Made by a program: the position numbers and the translations under genes. Positions 1-9,540 of a stretch of DNA of 64,000 nt are shown piece by piece. This DNA comes from Candidatus Poseidoniaceae archaeon (GTDB taxonomy: Archaea > Thermoplasmatota > Poseidoniia > Poseidoniales > Poseidoniaceae): positions 2,454-66,453 of the forward strand of contig CALKGM010000014.1 of assembly GCA_938084675.1 (NCBI GenBank), written 5' to 3'. Each line of letters starts with the position of its first letter. Positions within the stretch are counted from its first letter, which is position 1. Below the pieces are notes generated by a model. It did not search any database, had not been told where the DNA came from, and was given only the letters and a program-made list of their open reading frames with translations.

Positions 1-768
1 TGCATCATCATCAAACGAAGCTTGTAGATTTCTAAGAATGTCTCTACGGACGTCCAACCCTACCAAATCGGTGAGTGCAAGAGGGCCCATTGGGTGTTTG
101 TAGCCCAAAACCATTGCTGTGTCGATGTCCTTTGCACTGGCCACGCCGTCAGCAAGCATTCGGATTGCTTCATTACCAAGGACAACACCGAGTCGGCTTG
201 TAGCAAAACCGGGTATGTCTTTGACGAGAATCGTCGTTTTCCCCATCGCTTCTCCCGCAGATTGGGCCAAATCGATGGTCGCTTCTGAGGTTGAGTCATG
301 GCGGACAAGTTCAAGGAGTTTCATAATCGGTACTGGATTAAAGAAATGCATTCCTATCACCTGTTCCGGACGTGTTGTAGCCTTGGCTATGTCGGCAATT
401 GAAAGTGAAGATGTATTTGTTCCCAAGACGGCATGGCTGGGAGCGTATTTGTCAATTTCTTCAAACACTTTTTGCTTGAGTTCTGGCAGTTCAGGGACCG
501 CTTCAATGACCAAGTCAGCATTTCCAACGGCTTGAGCCATATCACTCACGGCGTGGAGATTTTTTTGCCATTCAACCTTTTGTTCCAACGATGTTTTTCC
601 TCGGGTGATTCCTTTGTCCCAAAAGGCATCAATGCGTTCCATTCCACGCTGAAGGCCGTCGGGAAAGGCGTCATAGAGGGATGTATTCCAGCCGGCTTGG
701 GCACAAATTTGTGCAATGCCAGCGCCCATAGTTCCTGCTCCGATGACGGCAACATTACGAATGCTCAT
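1..768 (-). CDS. 3-hydroxyacyl-CoA (3-hydroxybutyryl-CoA) dehydrogenase, C-terminus cut by the window edge
   Basis: Absent from the ORF track because no stop lies inside the window. Manual minus-strand translation from the ATG (revcomp of 766-768) gives MSIRNVAVIGAGTMGAGIAQICAQAGW...IGMHFFNPVPIMKLLELV...GYKHPMGPLALTDLVGLD. This shows a Rossmann GxGxxG and the HADH family signature, and the frame stays open to base 1. Confidence 0.8.
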   Translation of the reverse strand, partial: MSIRNVAVIGAGTMGAGIAQICAQAGWNTSLYDAFPDGLQRGMERIDAFWDKGITRGKTSLEQKVEWQKNLHAVSDMAQAVGNADLVIEAVPELPELKQKVFEEIDKYAPSHAVLGTNTSSLSIADIAKATTRPEQVIGMHFFNPVPIMKLLELVRHDSTSEATIDLAQSAGEAMGKTTILVKDIPGFATSRLGVVLGNEAIRMLADGVASAKDIDTAMVLGYKHPMGPLALTDLVGLDVRRDILRNLQASFDDDA

Positions 769-790
769 GGAGGTGGGAGAACGCTCACCT

Positions 791-1714
791 TCATGATGCT
801 TGCTCGTTTTCATGTTCTTGCTTTTGGGCGATGATTACCCCTGCAACGATGAGTGTAAAGGCTAAGATGAGCGTAGGTCCAAGTTGTTCTCCAAGCAATA
901 GCCAGCCTCCGAGGATTCCAAAGGGGGGGACGAGGTAAACATAGAATGAAGCTTTACCTGCTCCAATGACAAGGATGCCGTCTGCGAACCATACGTAAGC
1001 CAATACAGTAGAAAATACCGCAAGGAAGATGATTCCAATCCAAGCATCAAGGGACGGCGAAGGCAAGCCCTCCCGTAGAACTTCAATTCCAGCCCATGGC
1101 GTCAGGAAAAGTAAGCCTACAAGTGATGCCCAAACAGTAACCAAAACAGGAGTCAACGGTTGCTGAGCATCCTCTGGAGTATCACTCATGAGTTTCTTCA
1201 TGAGGATACTGGATACAGCCCAAGCAAGTGCTGCGCCAGTGATAAAGCCGTTACCAAACCATCTGTCCAACACTGGTATGTCGGTATTTGGGGAGGCGGT
1301 GAAGATCACAAGCATTCCTATCAGTGCAAGGATGAGCCCAACCACCAGATGACGAGTTAGACGCTCCCCGAGAAATATAACGGCGAGAACGGCAGTAAAC
1401 AGAGGATTGAATGTAATAACGAGGGACGCATCTCCTGCAGCAGTGTACTTCATTCCATACATGAACAAGGATTGGTATAAAAATGTGGAAAAGAAGGCAA
1501 TAAAAGCGATGTTTTTCCATTGAGTTGGTGATGGGTAAGACCAGTCTTCAGTTCGCTGTAAGTAGAACATGAAGAGTCCGGCTACTATGACGTAACGAAT
1601 CCATGCGGCAACAATCGGCGTGACATCTGCTGCAACCGCACGCCCCGCTGGCCAACCTAATCCCCAAATTACGGCGACGATGAATAGTTTGGCATGAATT
1701 TGAGCGTTTTTCAT
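791..1714 (-). CDS. EamA/DMT-family transporter
   Basis: 307-aa polytopic membrane protein with two EamA-like halves (about 10 hydrophobic segments). Its stop overlaps the start of the neighbouring gene. Confidence 0.7.
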   Translation of the reverse strand: MKNAQIHAKLFIVAVIWGLGWPAGRAVAADVTPIVAAWIRYVIVAGLFMFYLQRTEDWSYPSPTQWKNIAFIAFFSTFLYQSLFMYGMKYTAAGDASLVITFNPLFTAVLAVIFLGERLTRHLVVGLILALIGMLVIFTASPNTDIPVLDRWFGNGFITGAALAWAVSSILMKKLMSDTPEDAQQPLTPVLVTVWASLVGLLFLTPWAGIEVLREGLPSPSLDAWIGIIFLAVFSTVLAYVWFADGILVIGAGKASFYVYLVPPFGILGGWLLLGEQLGPTLILAFTLIVAGVIIAQKQEHENEQAS

Positions 1715-2247
1715 TCAAATCGCTCCAAGCCAAGTTGTAACATGCGAGATCTCGGCAATCCGATTTCTGGCAGTCCCTTGGCTGGGGCGTGGAGCTTGAG
1801 TCCTTCAATTCTGCTGACATATAATCCATAACTGGCGATGTCATCTGGCCGATAAGGTGTTTCGAGGCCCATTTGGGTGAGGGTTTCACATGCTTTTTGT
1901 GAATAGATAGGGAACGTATTCGTTGAAAAGTGCATCCATTCTGAAATGCGCTGGGCATCAACACTATCCAGCGTTAGCAGATGCTCTAAGAGGGACACAT
2001 CGGGATAGGTGGCGGTTCTCAACACCATTTCTACTTCATTGACAACGTCTTCAGGCCAGGCGTAGGGGTCTCTTTGAGCCCATTCATCAGCGACTCGTAT
2101 ATGTTCTACTGAGCGCTTTGAAGTAACTGAATACAGCGACTCAATGTATGAGCGGTCTTCGTATGCATTGGAAACCAACTGAGGCATTTCTTCATAGAAA
2201 CGCTCGCACTTGGCCACATCAACGCCGTATAAGGCAACGGGAATCAT
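1711..2247 (-). CDS. Hypothetical protein (178 aa), coupled to the upstream BoxB-like gene
   Basis: ORF 1711..2586 trimmed to the internal Met (MIPVALYGVD...). The longer form overlaps the 2264..3424 CDS out of frame. The trimmed start lies 17 nt downstream of that gene's stop. No recognisable motif. Confidence 0.4.
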   Translation of the reverse strand: MIPVALYGVDVAKCERFYEEMPQLVSNAYEDRSYIESLYSVTSKRSVEHIRVADEWAQRDPYAWPEDVVNEVEMVLRTATYPDVSLLEHLLTLDSVDAQRISEWMHFSTNTFPIYSQKACETLTQMGLETPYRPDDIASYGLYVSRIEGLKLHAPAKGLPEIGLPRSRMLQLGLERFE

Positions 2248-2263
2248 CTTGGTCACTCGCCGT

Positions 2264-3424
2264 TCAAGCTTGTGTTCCGATTCCAGAAGCGATTTGCTTT
2301 GCAGACATCGGCTTTTCAGCGACCCAGTCAAGTTTGAAGAGTTCCTTGAGGTCTTCTTCATCCTTTGCGGTTGGGAGGTGCTCGTGGAGGTAGGTGGCCC
2401 ATTCATCATCGGACCCTTCAAATTTCGTTCCTTCAACAGTAAACTGTTGGCGCTTGAATGCACCAATCTCACGATAGAAGTTCTCGTGGGGGACATAGAG
2501 TTTGGTAGCACCTTCCGGCAGGTATCCGTTGAGTTTTTCCACCTCAAGGGCAATTTCATCGTGGTAGTGTCCACGAGCTTCTTCATTCAATGTCTCCTTG
2601 ATAACGGGGTCTCCATTTTCGAGTTTCTTGCGCTCGTCCCATCGTCCTTTGATGCCCCAAACGTAGGACCAATGTGCGGAGGAAGATGCATCGACACCAA
2701 ACAGGTCGTGAGCGGTAGAAACCCACTTGTTGATGTAGCGTTGTAGCATATCTCCTGGAATGACTCCAGCCTTGATAATTCGGCGGAGACCGTTGGAACC
2801 GGTTCCAAGGTGGAACGATTCTTCTTTCAACATCGGTCCCATACTTGCGGCCAGAGGCTTGAAGGCTGAGGTTGAAAGCATGCCGAGTTGGAATTTTCCG
2901 TCACGATCAACAAACATGGTGTAGCAGAAAAAGTCCAGCCAATGGGGCATTGGTCGATTAAATGCTCCGAGCAGGCGATCGCCGTCTTGTGCGTTGCGCT
3001 CAAGCAATTTTTGTGCTTCTCTTCGTCCTTGTTGGCCAAAATATGTCATCAACAGATAGGCCATTTGCCACCCGTGGCGTTGTTCTTCAGCCATGATTCG
3101 TGCTGCTGCATAGCGGTCGTAGTCAGTCGGTGCAGTTTCAAGCAAATGTCGCTGTTGCTCAACCGATGCGAATTCAGTGTCTCCTTGAACGGTAATCATG
3201 CTGACCAAGGCGTCTCGCATGCTTTGGTGAGGTACTTGGAGCGAACGTTCCCACTTGGCTCGTCCTTCGTAATCTCCGAATTCAATGACGTCTCCGGCGC
3301 GCTCCCAATCAAACTGGATGGAGAGGTCGAAATCTCCCATCCATTCTCGCTTAAATCCAACGTTGTCTTGCCAGGTTGCAAAATTGCTAATCCAGTCGTC
3401 CCATGTCTTCGGTAGGTTGTCCAT
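2264..3424 (-). CDS. BoxB/PaaA-family di-iron (ferritin-like) acyl-CoA oxygenase-like protein
   Basis: Contains ITVQGDTEFASVEQQRHL, AEEQRHGWQMAYLL, DRDGKFQLGML and KEESFHLGTG. These are ExxH di-iron ligand motifs and blocks I recall as typical of benzoyl-CoA epoxidase subunit B. At 386 aa it is shorter than typical BoxB. Confidence 0.55.
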   Translation of the reverse strand: MDNLPKTWDDWISNFATWQDNVGFKREWMGDFDLSIQFDWERAGDVIEFGDYEGRAKWERSLQVPHQSMRDALVSMITVQGDTEFASVEQQRHLLETAPTDYDRYAAARIMAEEQRHGWQMAYLLMTYFGQQGRREAQKLLERNAQDGDRLLGAFNRPMPHWLDFFCYTMFVDRDGKFQLGMLSTSAFKPLAASMGPMLKEESFHLGTGSNGLRRIIKAGVIPGDMLQRYINKWVSTAHDLFGVDASSSAHWSYVWGIKGRWDERKKLENGDPVIKETLNEEARGHYHDEIALEVEKLNGYLPEGATKLYVPHENFYREIGAFKRQQFTVEGTKFEGSDDEWATYLHEHLPTAKDEEDLKELFKLDWVAEKPMSAKQIASGIGTQA

Positions 3425-3483
3425 GTTATCCCGTACACTCGGGTCCGGTATATATCCTCTACGAACATATTCGTACGAACATG

Positions 3484-4107
3484 TTAGGGGCTTTGCCTGC
3501 GGATCTCGTCAGTGAATGCGTGAAATACCGCGGATTCAATCCGTTGAAGCTGACTTGAAAGGGTGGATTTTGCTACCCCGAGAACCTTTGCCAGTTCAGA
3601 GAGGTTAATTCGCCGAGGCACATCCCAAAAGCCCTCGCGAGTAGCGACTTCAAAGACTTCACGTTGGCGAGTAGTGAGGAGGCGAGAGCGAGAATTTCTC
3701 GTGGATAGCAGGCGATGTGGCAACTGGTCGGTGCGGAAACGGTGCATGAGTTCACGCACTTCATCTCGCCGAGCCTCTATGGTCCATTCCACCCATCCGT
3801 CTCTCACTTCAAACGGCGTTCTCGGAACGATTCCTATGTCCACAAGGGGACGAACAAATCCACCGCCACCAGCCGAGATATTAACGCTGAAATGACCGTC
3901 TTCGATACTGTTGTAATCATCAATTCCTTCGTGCAATATGAGATTATCTTCAAGGGATTCATCGCACCAACATCGAGCAGTCCCTCTTCCCCTGCTTAAC
4001 GGCATATGCTGTTCAATACGAAGGGTTGCCGATGGATGTGCTCTGGTAACATCTCCAGCCCAATGCCCTTCAGGAAGGCGGACATCAATTCGGATTTGTT
4101 GAAGCAT
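3484..4107 (-). CDS. HTH_10 (bacterio-opsin-activator-type) transcriptional regulator
   Basis: C-terminal LTTRQREVFEVATREGFWDVPRRINLSELAKVLGVAKSTLSSQLQRIESAV matches the archaeal HTH_10 pattern. Confidence 0.65.
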   Translation of the reverse strand: MLQQIRIDVRLPEGHWAGDVTRAHPSATLRIEQHMPLSRGRGTARCWCDESLEDNLILHEGIDDYNSIEDGHFSVNISAGGGGFVRPLVDIGIVPRTPFEVRDGWVEWTIEARRDEVRELMHRFRTDQLPHRLLSTRNSRSRLLTTRQREVFEVATREGFWDVPRRINLSELAKVLGVAKSTLSSQLQRIESAVFHAFTDEIRRQSP

Positions 4108-4121
4108 CGCGGTTTACTCCT

Positions 4122-5111
4122 TCAGGCAACAGTTCTCGGTCGGACGGTTTCATCTCGCGTGACCTTGGAGGTGCTAACATCTATCAATTCGCTGAAGGTT
4201 GTCGTCGTTTTGTCGTCAATACGAGCCCCTGGGAGGTAACCGTCACATACGCCAGATGCTGCGAAGATAGCATCGTCGCTCTTGCACAGGTCATGCGCTT
4301 CCCATAAGCGTGTCAAATCGTCTCCAACCATGGTCTCTGCTCGTGCTTCTTCTTCATCGGAACGGAAGACGAGGCGCCCCTCAAACACACCGCCGAGTCC
4401 TCGGATTGCCGTAGCTGAAATGACTCCTTCCGGGGCGGCTCCGATTCCTAGAAGTAAATCGTACGGGCCATCAGGTTTAGCGGCCCAAATCGCACCGGAA
4501 ACATCGCCGTCACCCATGAGGTCCAATTGAGCCCCAGTGGCATGAATTTCAGAAAACAACTGCTTGTGTCGGTCTCGGTCAAGTGCAACGATACGAACCT
4601 CTTCGATTGATTTGTCTAAAACATGAGCGGCTTGCTCGATGTTGTATGCAACGCCACCGTCCAACGAGACATGGCCCTTGAGAAGCGGTCCAGCCGCTAT
4701 TTTGTCCATGTAGCAATCCGGAGCGTGAAGCAGCGTGCCTCGTGGCGCTGCCGCAAGGACTGCGATTGAATTTGGTGTGTTGTCGGCACAATTGTTGGTG
4801 CATTCTAGCGGGTCGACAGCGATGTCAATTTGTGGCGCTCCGTCTACTCCAATCATGTTGCCTAACGGTTCTCCGATGTAGAGCATAGGTGCTTCATCTC
4901 GCTCTCCCTCTCCTATGGCTACACGACCATCAAAAGGAACATGGTCAAACGTGCGGCGCATCGCTTCTACAGCAGCATCGTCTGCTGCATTTTTATCTCC
5001 TTTTCCACGCCATGCAGCGCTTGCGATGGCTGCTTGGTCCACGGCTTCAAGAAAGTGGTGTGTAAGGTCCGACGTCATTCCCATGGCTGGAGGGGGGCGC
5101 GGATGAACCAT
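4122..5111 (-). CDS. glpX: Fructose-1,6-bisphosphatase class II (GlpX type)
   Basis: AAIASAAWRGKGDKNAADDAAVEAMR...VAIGEGERDEAPMLYIGE is the GlpX family pattern. The true start may be an internal Met (MGMTSD). Confidence 0.85.
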   Translation of the reverse strand: MVHPRPPPAMGMTSDLTHHFLEAVDQAAIASAAWRGKGDKNAADDAAVEAMRRTFDHVPFDGRVAIGEGERDEAPMLYIGEPLGNMIGVDGAPQIDIAVDPLECTNNCADNTPNSIAVLAAAPRGTLLHAPDCYMDKIAAGPLLKGHVSLDGGVAYNIEQAAHVLDKSIEEVRIVALDRDRHKQLFSEIHATGAQLDLMGDGDVSGAIWAAKPDGPYDLLLGIGAAPEGVISATAIRGLGGVFEGRLVFRSDEEEARAETMVGDDLTRLWEAHDLCKSDDAIFAASGVCDGYLPGARIDDKTTTTFSELIDVSTSKVTRDETVRPRTVA

Positions 5112-5123
5112 GAATGAAGCGGT

Positions 5124-5582
5124 TCAGTTTCCTTTGAATTTCTCAACTACAGTTAGATTCGAAATTGATGTTGAGGGATACTGACCCTCCTTATTTTTCT
5201 CGAGGGATTTTACCATGTCAAAAGCACAAAGTAGACCAGCAGCAACTCCCGTTAGCGCCTCCATTTCAATACCGGTTTTGTAATGAGCAGACACATGAAC
5301 TTCACACCACAACTCATTGCCTTCCCATGACCATGTGACCTTGGTGCCTTCCAATGGAATCGGGTGGCAGTGAGGAATGATCCGAGGCGTTTCTTTGACA
5401 GCCTGTATGGCTGCAATGGTGGAAGCTTCCAAGACATTACCTTTCGATATAGTTCCACCGATAATGGCCGCTTTGGTTTCTGATTGGAGGTTTAACCTTC
5501 CTCTAGCGGTCGCATTACGAGCGACAACGGGTTTTTGGCCAATTTCAACGATGCCTTGAATTTCTGTAGTTTCCTCGCTCAT
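5124..5582 (-). CDS. moaC: Cyclic pyranopterin monophosphate synthase MoaC
   Basis: ORF 5124..5633 trimmed to MSEETTEIQG. Shows MoaC blocks (KGNVLEASTIAAIQAVKETPRIIPHCHPIPL, IEMEALTGVAAGLLCAFDMVK). Its start overlaps the moaE stop by 4 nt (ATGA). Confidence 0.85.
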   Translation of the reverse strand: MSEETTEIQGIVEIGQKPVVARNATARGRLNLQSETKAAIIGGTISKGNVLEASTIAAIQAVKETPRIIPHCHPIPLEGTKVTWSWEGNELWCEVHVSAHYKTGIEMEALTGVAAGLLCAFDMVKSLEKNKEGQYPSTSISNLTVVEKFKGN

Positions 5583-6028
5583 CCTAACCCCTCCTTCCAG
5601 GTCTCCCCAGCCGTGGTGACTTCTTTCTTCCATATGGGTGCTTGCTTCTTCAATTCATCAATGAGCCACGAGCATGCCTCAAATGCTTCCTTTCTGTGAG
5701 GGCTTGCCACATGAATAGCGACGATGGGATCCTGCGGCCCAACTGCACCAGTACGGTGAGATAGCGCAACAAACCGAACTCCAAATTTCTCAATCGCTTC
5801 GTTTCCAAGCCGACTCAATACCGGAGTCAATTTGTCTTTCCATGCGTCAAATTCCAACCGAAGGACCGTTTCAGTCCCTTCTGTTTCTCTCGTAATGCCG
5901 ACGAAGCTGACGACAGCACCGCATCCATCCGTTGGTAATCGCTCCAAAAGTTTGGCAGGTTGGAGCGCATTTGGCGCTTCTTCAACCAAAACTCGGTCGG
6001 GCATGACCACACGAAGGAAACACATCAT
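5579..6028 (-). CDS. moaE: Molybdopterin synthase catalytic subunit MoaE
   Basis: GAVVSFVGITRE...HRTGAVGPQDPIVAIHVASPHRKEAFEACSWLIDELKKQAPIWKKE is the MoaE pattern. Translationally coupled to moaC. Confidence 0.8.
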   Translation of the reverse strand: MMCFLRVVMPDRVLVEEAPNALQPAKLLERLPTDGCGAVVSFVGITRETEGTETVLRLEFDAWKDKLTPVLSRLGNEAIEKFGVRFVALSHRTGAVGPQDPIVAIHVASPHRKEAFEACSWLIDELKKQAPIWKKEVTTAGETWKEGLG

Positions 6029-6055
6029 TCAAACCTCACCCCTCAATGGGTTAGC

Positions 6056-7309
6056 ATGGCCGCCGCAGCCGAGAAACACAAACCTGTCCACATCATGGGC
6101 GCAGGATTGTCAGGGTTAGCGGCAGCAACCATCCTCGCCAAAGCGGGCAGGGAGGTCCATGTTCACGACATTCGGGAGGATTCAGGTGCTCGATTTGACG
6201 GAGATTTTCAAGCATTAGAAAACTGGAGCATGAGTGTTGATTTTTTTGACCAGTTGAAAGAATGGGGATTTGACCTCTCATCGTTCAAGGCTACAGAATT
6301 TAGTAGCGTGGATATCATTCATCCAGATGACGTTATTACACAGGCAAAAACACCGAGCGTGGCATACCGAATTGTTGAGCGAGGGACTTCAAGCCATACC
6401 ATTGACCAAGGTTTCAAGCAACAAGCACTTGACGCTGGGGCTCACATTCACTACAAATCACGGGTCAAAGAAGAAGATTGTACCATCATCGCTTGCGGGC
6501 CAAAAGGAACTTCAGCGGTAGCATACGGGGAGATATTCAAAACTGACCATCCAAATCATATCGGTTTTCAACTGAATGATAAACTAGCACCAGGGTCCTA
6601 TTCCTACCTTATCATCATCGACGGGATTGGCCTTATCTGTACGTGTCTGTGGAGGAAACAGAAAAAGAGCGACCGATTCCTTAACGAGACCATCGCTTGG
6701 TATGATGCGCATTATCCTGACTTAAATCGAACACCTATCAAGAGAGTTGGTGGCAAAGGAGATTTCACCATCAACCGACACTACAAGCAGAATGGCCGGT
6801 ATTATGTTGGTGAATCCGGCGGTTTGCAAGATTTCATGTGGGGCTTTGGGATGAGAATGGCAGTTTGGTCAGGAGTGTTGGCTGCCCGTGATCTTCTTGG
6901 AGATGGCGATTACGAGGAGGATGTCCGCCGTTACCTCATGCCGTATGTGCGAACCAGCGTTGCTAATCGGTGGTTGATGAACCGTGTGGGTGATCGCACC
7001 TTCAAACGAATGTGTAACGCTTGGATGAAGGACCAGAAGAAGCGTGGTGACGGCCTAATTTGGATTGGTAAACTCTTCCGCCCTAGCCTTTTGAAATCCT
7101 TGCTTTATCGTTGCGTGAGTCCGTTTATGTTGGTCAAAGACCCTAAGGCAATGGGGCGCGGAGTTAGACGCATGCCCTTTAGAGCGGCATTGAAGCGAGA
7201 TGTGTGGGAACCATCTGAACAAGCCAATGAAATCAAGGCGCAGTGGGACGAAATCCGTCGTGGTGGAGGTCAAGTTTCCTTTGCCGAATCTAAGGATTCC
7301 GAATCTTAA
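6056..7309 (+). CDS. FAD-dependent oxidoreductase (geranylgeranyl-reductase/monooxygenase-like fold)
   Basis: ORF 5960..7309 trimmed to MAAAAEKHKPVHIMGAGLSGLAAATILAKAGREVHVHDIRED, a dinucleotide-binding GxGxxG followed by an acidic residue. The longer form overlaps moaE. Confidence 0.5.
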   Translation: MAAAAEKHKPVHIMGAGLSGLAAATILAKAGREVHVHDIREDSGARFDGDFQALENWSMSVDFFDQLKEWGFDLSSFKATEFSSVDIIHPDDVITQAKTPSVAYRIVERGTSSHTIDQGFKQQALDAGAHIHYKSRVKEEDCTIIACGPKGTSAVAYGEIFKTDHPNHIGFQLNDKLAPGSYSYLIIIDGIGLICTCLWRKQKKSDRFLNETIAWYDAHYPDLNRTPIKRVGGKGDFTINRHYKQNGRYYVGESGGLQDFMWGFGMRMAVWSGVLAARDLLGDGDYEEDVRRYLMPYVRTSVANRWLMNRVGDRTFKRMCNAWMKDQKKRGDGLIWIGKLFRPSLLKSLLYRCVSPFMLVKDPKAMGRGVRRMPFRAALKRDVWEPSEQANEIKAQWDEIRRGGGQVSFAESKDSES

Positions 7310-7338
7310 ACGCAAGATTTGCATGCGATTTCTTCATA

Positions 7339-8229
7339 ATGCCCCCCCTTGTGGCTCTTGACATGAGCGACCTTTACGGATTGAAACTCGAGCCTATGCC
7401 TAACCGCCTTGTCAACTACGGCGTGACCGAAAATGGAATCGCAGTGATTGAACTTACCTCGGACTCCGCAGGAGCTCCTCTTGAAGGGGCTAACGATCGC
7501 TCTCCAAACACCTACACCCACGGCATGATGCGAGACATTGACGAAGCAGTCGTCCGTGCCCGATTTGATGATGACGTTACGTGCATCGTCCTCACTGGAA
7601 ACGGGGCTTCCTTCTTCTCAGCAGGAGCGTCCATTCAGATGTTGAACAGCGTCACACCAGGATTCAAGTACAATTTCTGTCTCCACGCAAACGAAACACT
7701 CTCTCGCTTTGAGCAAACTTCCAAACTTGTCGTTTGCGCTATCAACGGTCACGCTGTTGGCGGTGGACTCGAGATCGCTATGGCTGCAGACATTCGTATT
7801 GCACGTAAGAACTCCGGAAAGGTTGGTCTTCCTGAAATCAACTTGGGTGTTCTCGCAGGTACCGGTGGTACCGCTCGCTTGACCCGTCTTATCGGTAAGG
7901 CAAAGGCTCTAGAAATGATGGTCACCGGCGAATTGATGTCGTTTGAGGACGCACATTCTTGCAACCTCATCAACCACATTTGGGAAGGAGATGCAGATGA
8001 TTTCCGCCGAGATGTTCTTGATTGGTGCAGCCAATTTACACTTCCAAACAAGGCAGTCAAGGCTGTTGGAAACATCAAGCGTTCTTGCCAGACCGGTCCA
8101 GAAATTCCCTTTGAGTACCACCTCGCCCTTGAGCGTGAACTCCAAGCATCTTTGTTCAACAGTACCGATGCTAAGGAAGGAATTGCGGCCTACGTTGAGA
8201 AGCGTGTTGCCAACTTCACCGGCCAGTGA
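7339..8229 (+). CDS. Enoyl-CoA hydratase/isomerase (crotonase) family protein
   Basis: FFSAGASIQ...AINGHAVGGGLEIAMAADIRIA...LPEINLGVLAGTGGTARLTRLIG are crotonase oxyanion-hole motifs. Confidence 0.8.
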   Translation: MPPLVALDMSDLYGLKLEPMPNRLVNYGVTENGIAVIELTSDSAGAPLEGANDRSPNTYTHGMMRDIDEAVVRARFDDDVTCIVLTGNGASFFSAGASIQMLNSVTPGFKYNFCLHANETLSRFEQTSKLVVCAINGHAVGGGLEIAMAADIRIARKNSGKVGLPEINLGVLAGTGGTARLTRLIGKAKALEMMVTGELMSFEDAHSCNLINHIWEGDADDFRRDVLDWCSQFTLPNKAVKAVGNIKRSCQTGPEIPFEYHLALERELQASLFNSTDAKEGIAAYVEKRVANFTGQ

Positions 8230-8252
8230 ACAACCATTAGGAGTGTTACTTC

Positions 8253-9179
8253 ATGACTGAAATTCATGTCCCCGCAGATGTCCCTAACGAATTGATGGAA
8301 ACCTACATCGATAACATGAAGGCTGCCACAGCCGGTACAGGTTTGATGAATCTGTTTGCGTGTGACCAAAAGATCGAACACTTGAACGATGATTTCTATG
8401 ACGGAGGTGCAACCATCCCTCTCAGTTCAAACGACCCAGGTCACTTGTTCGAAATTGGAGCACGAACACATTCAGAACAAACGCTCGGTGTTCTTGCAGG
8501 TCAACTTGGTCTCATCTCTCAATATGCAAGAGATTACCCCGACCTACCTTACTTGGTTAAGCTCAATTCTAAATCGCACATGGTTAAGACCTCTCAACGA
8601 GACCCGATTTCGCAAGCACTTTGGGACATGGATGATGTGATGTCACTCGTCCATAATGGCGTGAACGTCGTTGGGATTGGCTACACCGTTTACATTGGAA
8701 GTGAATACGAACATGAGATGCTTACAGAAGCAGCACAGTTCATTCGTCAAGCCCACGAACAAGGAATGATTTCAGTTGTTTGGATGTACCCTCGAGGGAA
8801 GGCAGTTGCTGATGAAAAGGATCCACAACTTATCGCAGGAGCAGCCGGCGTTGCTGGCTGTCTCGGCGCAGATTTTGCCAAGGTAAACTATCCCAAGGCT
8901 TGGGACGGAATGACCGAAGCAGAATCGTTCAAAGTCGCTGTTGAAGCCGCAGGCCGTACCGCCATAATCTGTTCTGGAGGCGGGTCACTCCCTCCTCGTG
9001 ACTTTTTGCAGCGTCTTCATGACCAAATCAACATCTCCGGATGCCGTGGAGCTGCAACAGGCCGCAATATTCATCAAAAATCTACCGAAGAAGCTGTTCG
9101 TATGACTGCCGCTTGTCACGCTATTATCTGTGATGGGGCATCTGTTGACGCTGCTATGAAGATTTTTGAAGGGCAATAA
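8253..9179 (+). CDS. Class I fructose-bisphosphate aldolase, DhnA/FbaB (archaeal) type
   Basis: Blocks YLVKLNSKSH, GADFAKVNYP (Schiff-base Lys region) and GAATGRNIHQ are typical of the DhnA/ADH-synthase aldolase family. Confidence 0.7.
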   Translation: MTEIHVPADVPNELMETYIDNMKAATAGTGLMNLFACDQKIEHLNDDFYDGGATIPLSSNDPGHLFEIGARTHSEQTLGVLAGQLGLISQYARDYPDLPYLVKLNSKSHMVKTSQRDPISQALWDMDDVMSLVHNGVNVVGIGYTVYIGSEYEHEMLTEAAQFIRQAHEQGMISVVWMYPRGKAVADEKDPQLIAGAAGVAGCLGADFAKVNYPKAWDGMTEAESFKVAVEAAGRTAIICSGGGSLPPRDFLQRLHDQINISGCRGAATGRNIHQKSTEEAVRMTAACHAIICDGASVDAAMKIFEGQ

Positions 9180-9540
9180 TCTCATTGACCACTCATTCTG
9201 GCATTGGTGATTTGTCAGGTTTTGATTGATTGCATACGAGGACCGATTCTCGTTTAGGTTCCAATCTTACAAGTTCGGCTAAGGCTGGGTCAGAACTCTG
9301 GGGTTGGTGGGCTAAATTTGGTACGCATCTCGCTTAAACTGCATGTTTCTCAACATGCTAGTCGTAATTTCACGAATTGGATGGTTGGGCTAGAAGCAGA
9401 ATATGAAGTCGATTCGAGATTCAGAAGTTCCACAAGAGAGTAGACTGTATTGCAGAGGCGCCAAACATCTCAATTGATGACCGTTAGAATCAATTTGAGG
9501 GAGGGCAGTTCGACGCTTGAGGAGAAGTCCTGTTGCGAAC

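Noticed and set aside
1711-2586. Full-length 291-aa ORF from the track.
   Set aside because: Its first 113 codons overlap the 3' end of the well-supported BoxB-like CDS (2264..3424) in another frame and are low-complexity. The gene was trimmed to the Met at 2247.
5960-6055. N-terminal extensions given by the track for several genes: 5960..6055, 5583..5633, 19917..20081, 20107..20148, 25664..25723, 31534..31560 and 55645..55737.
   Set aside because: The extensions overlap neighbouring genes or lack family-typical sequence. Internal Met codons coincide with the conserved N-termini (GxGxxG, MoaC, AccC MGFKRVLIANRGE, signal peptides). The coordinates remain approximate.
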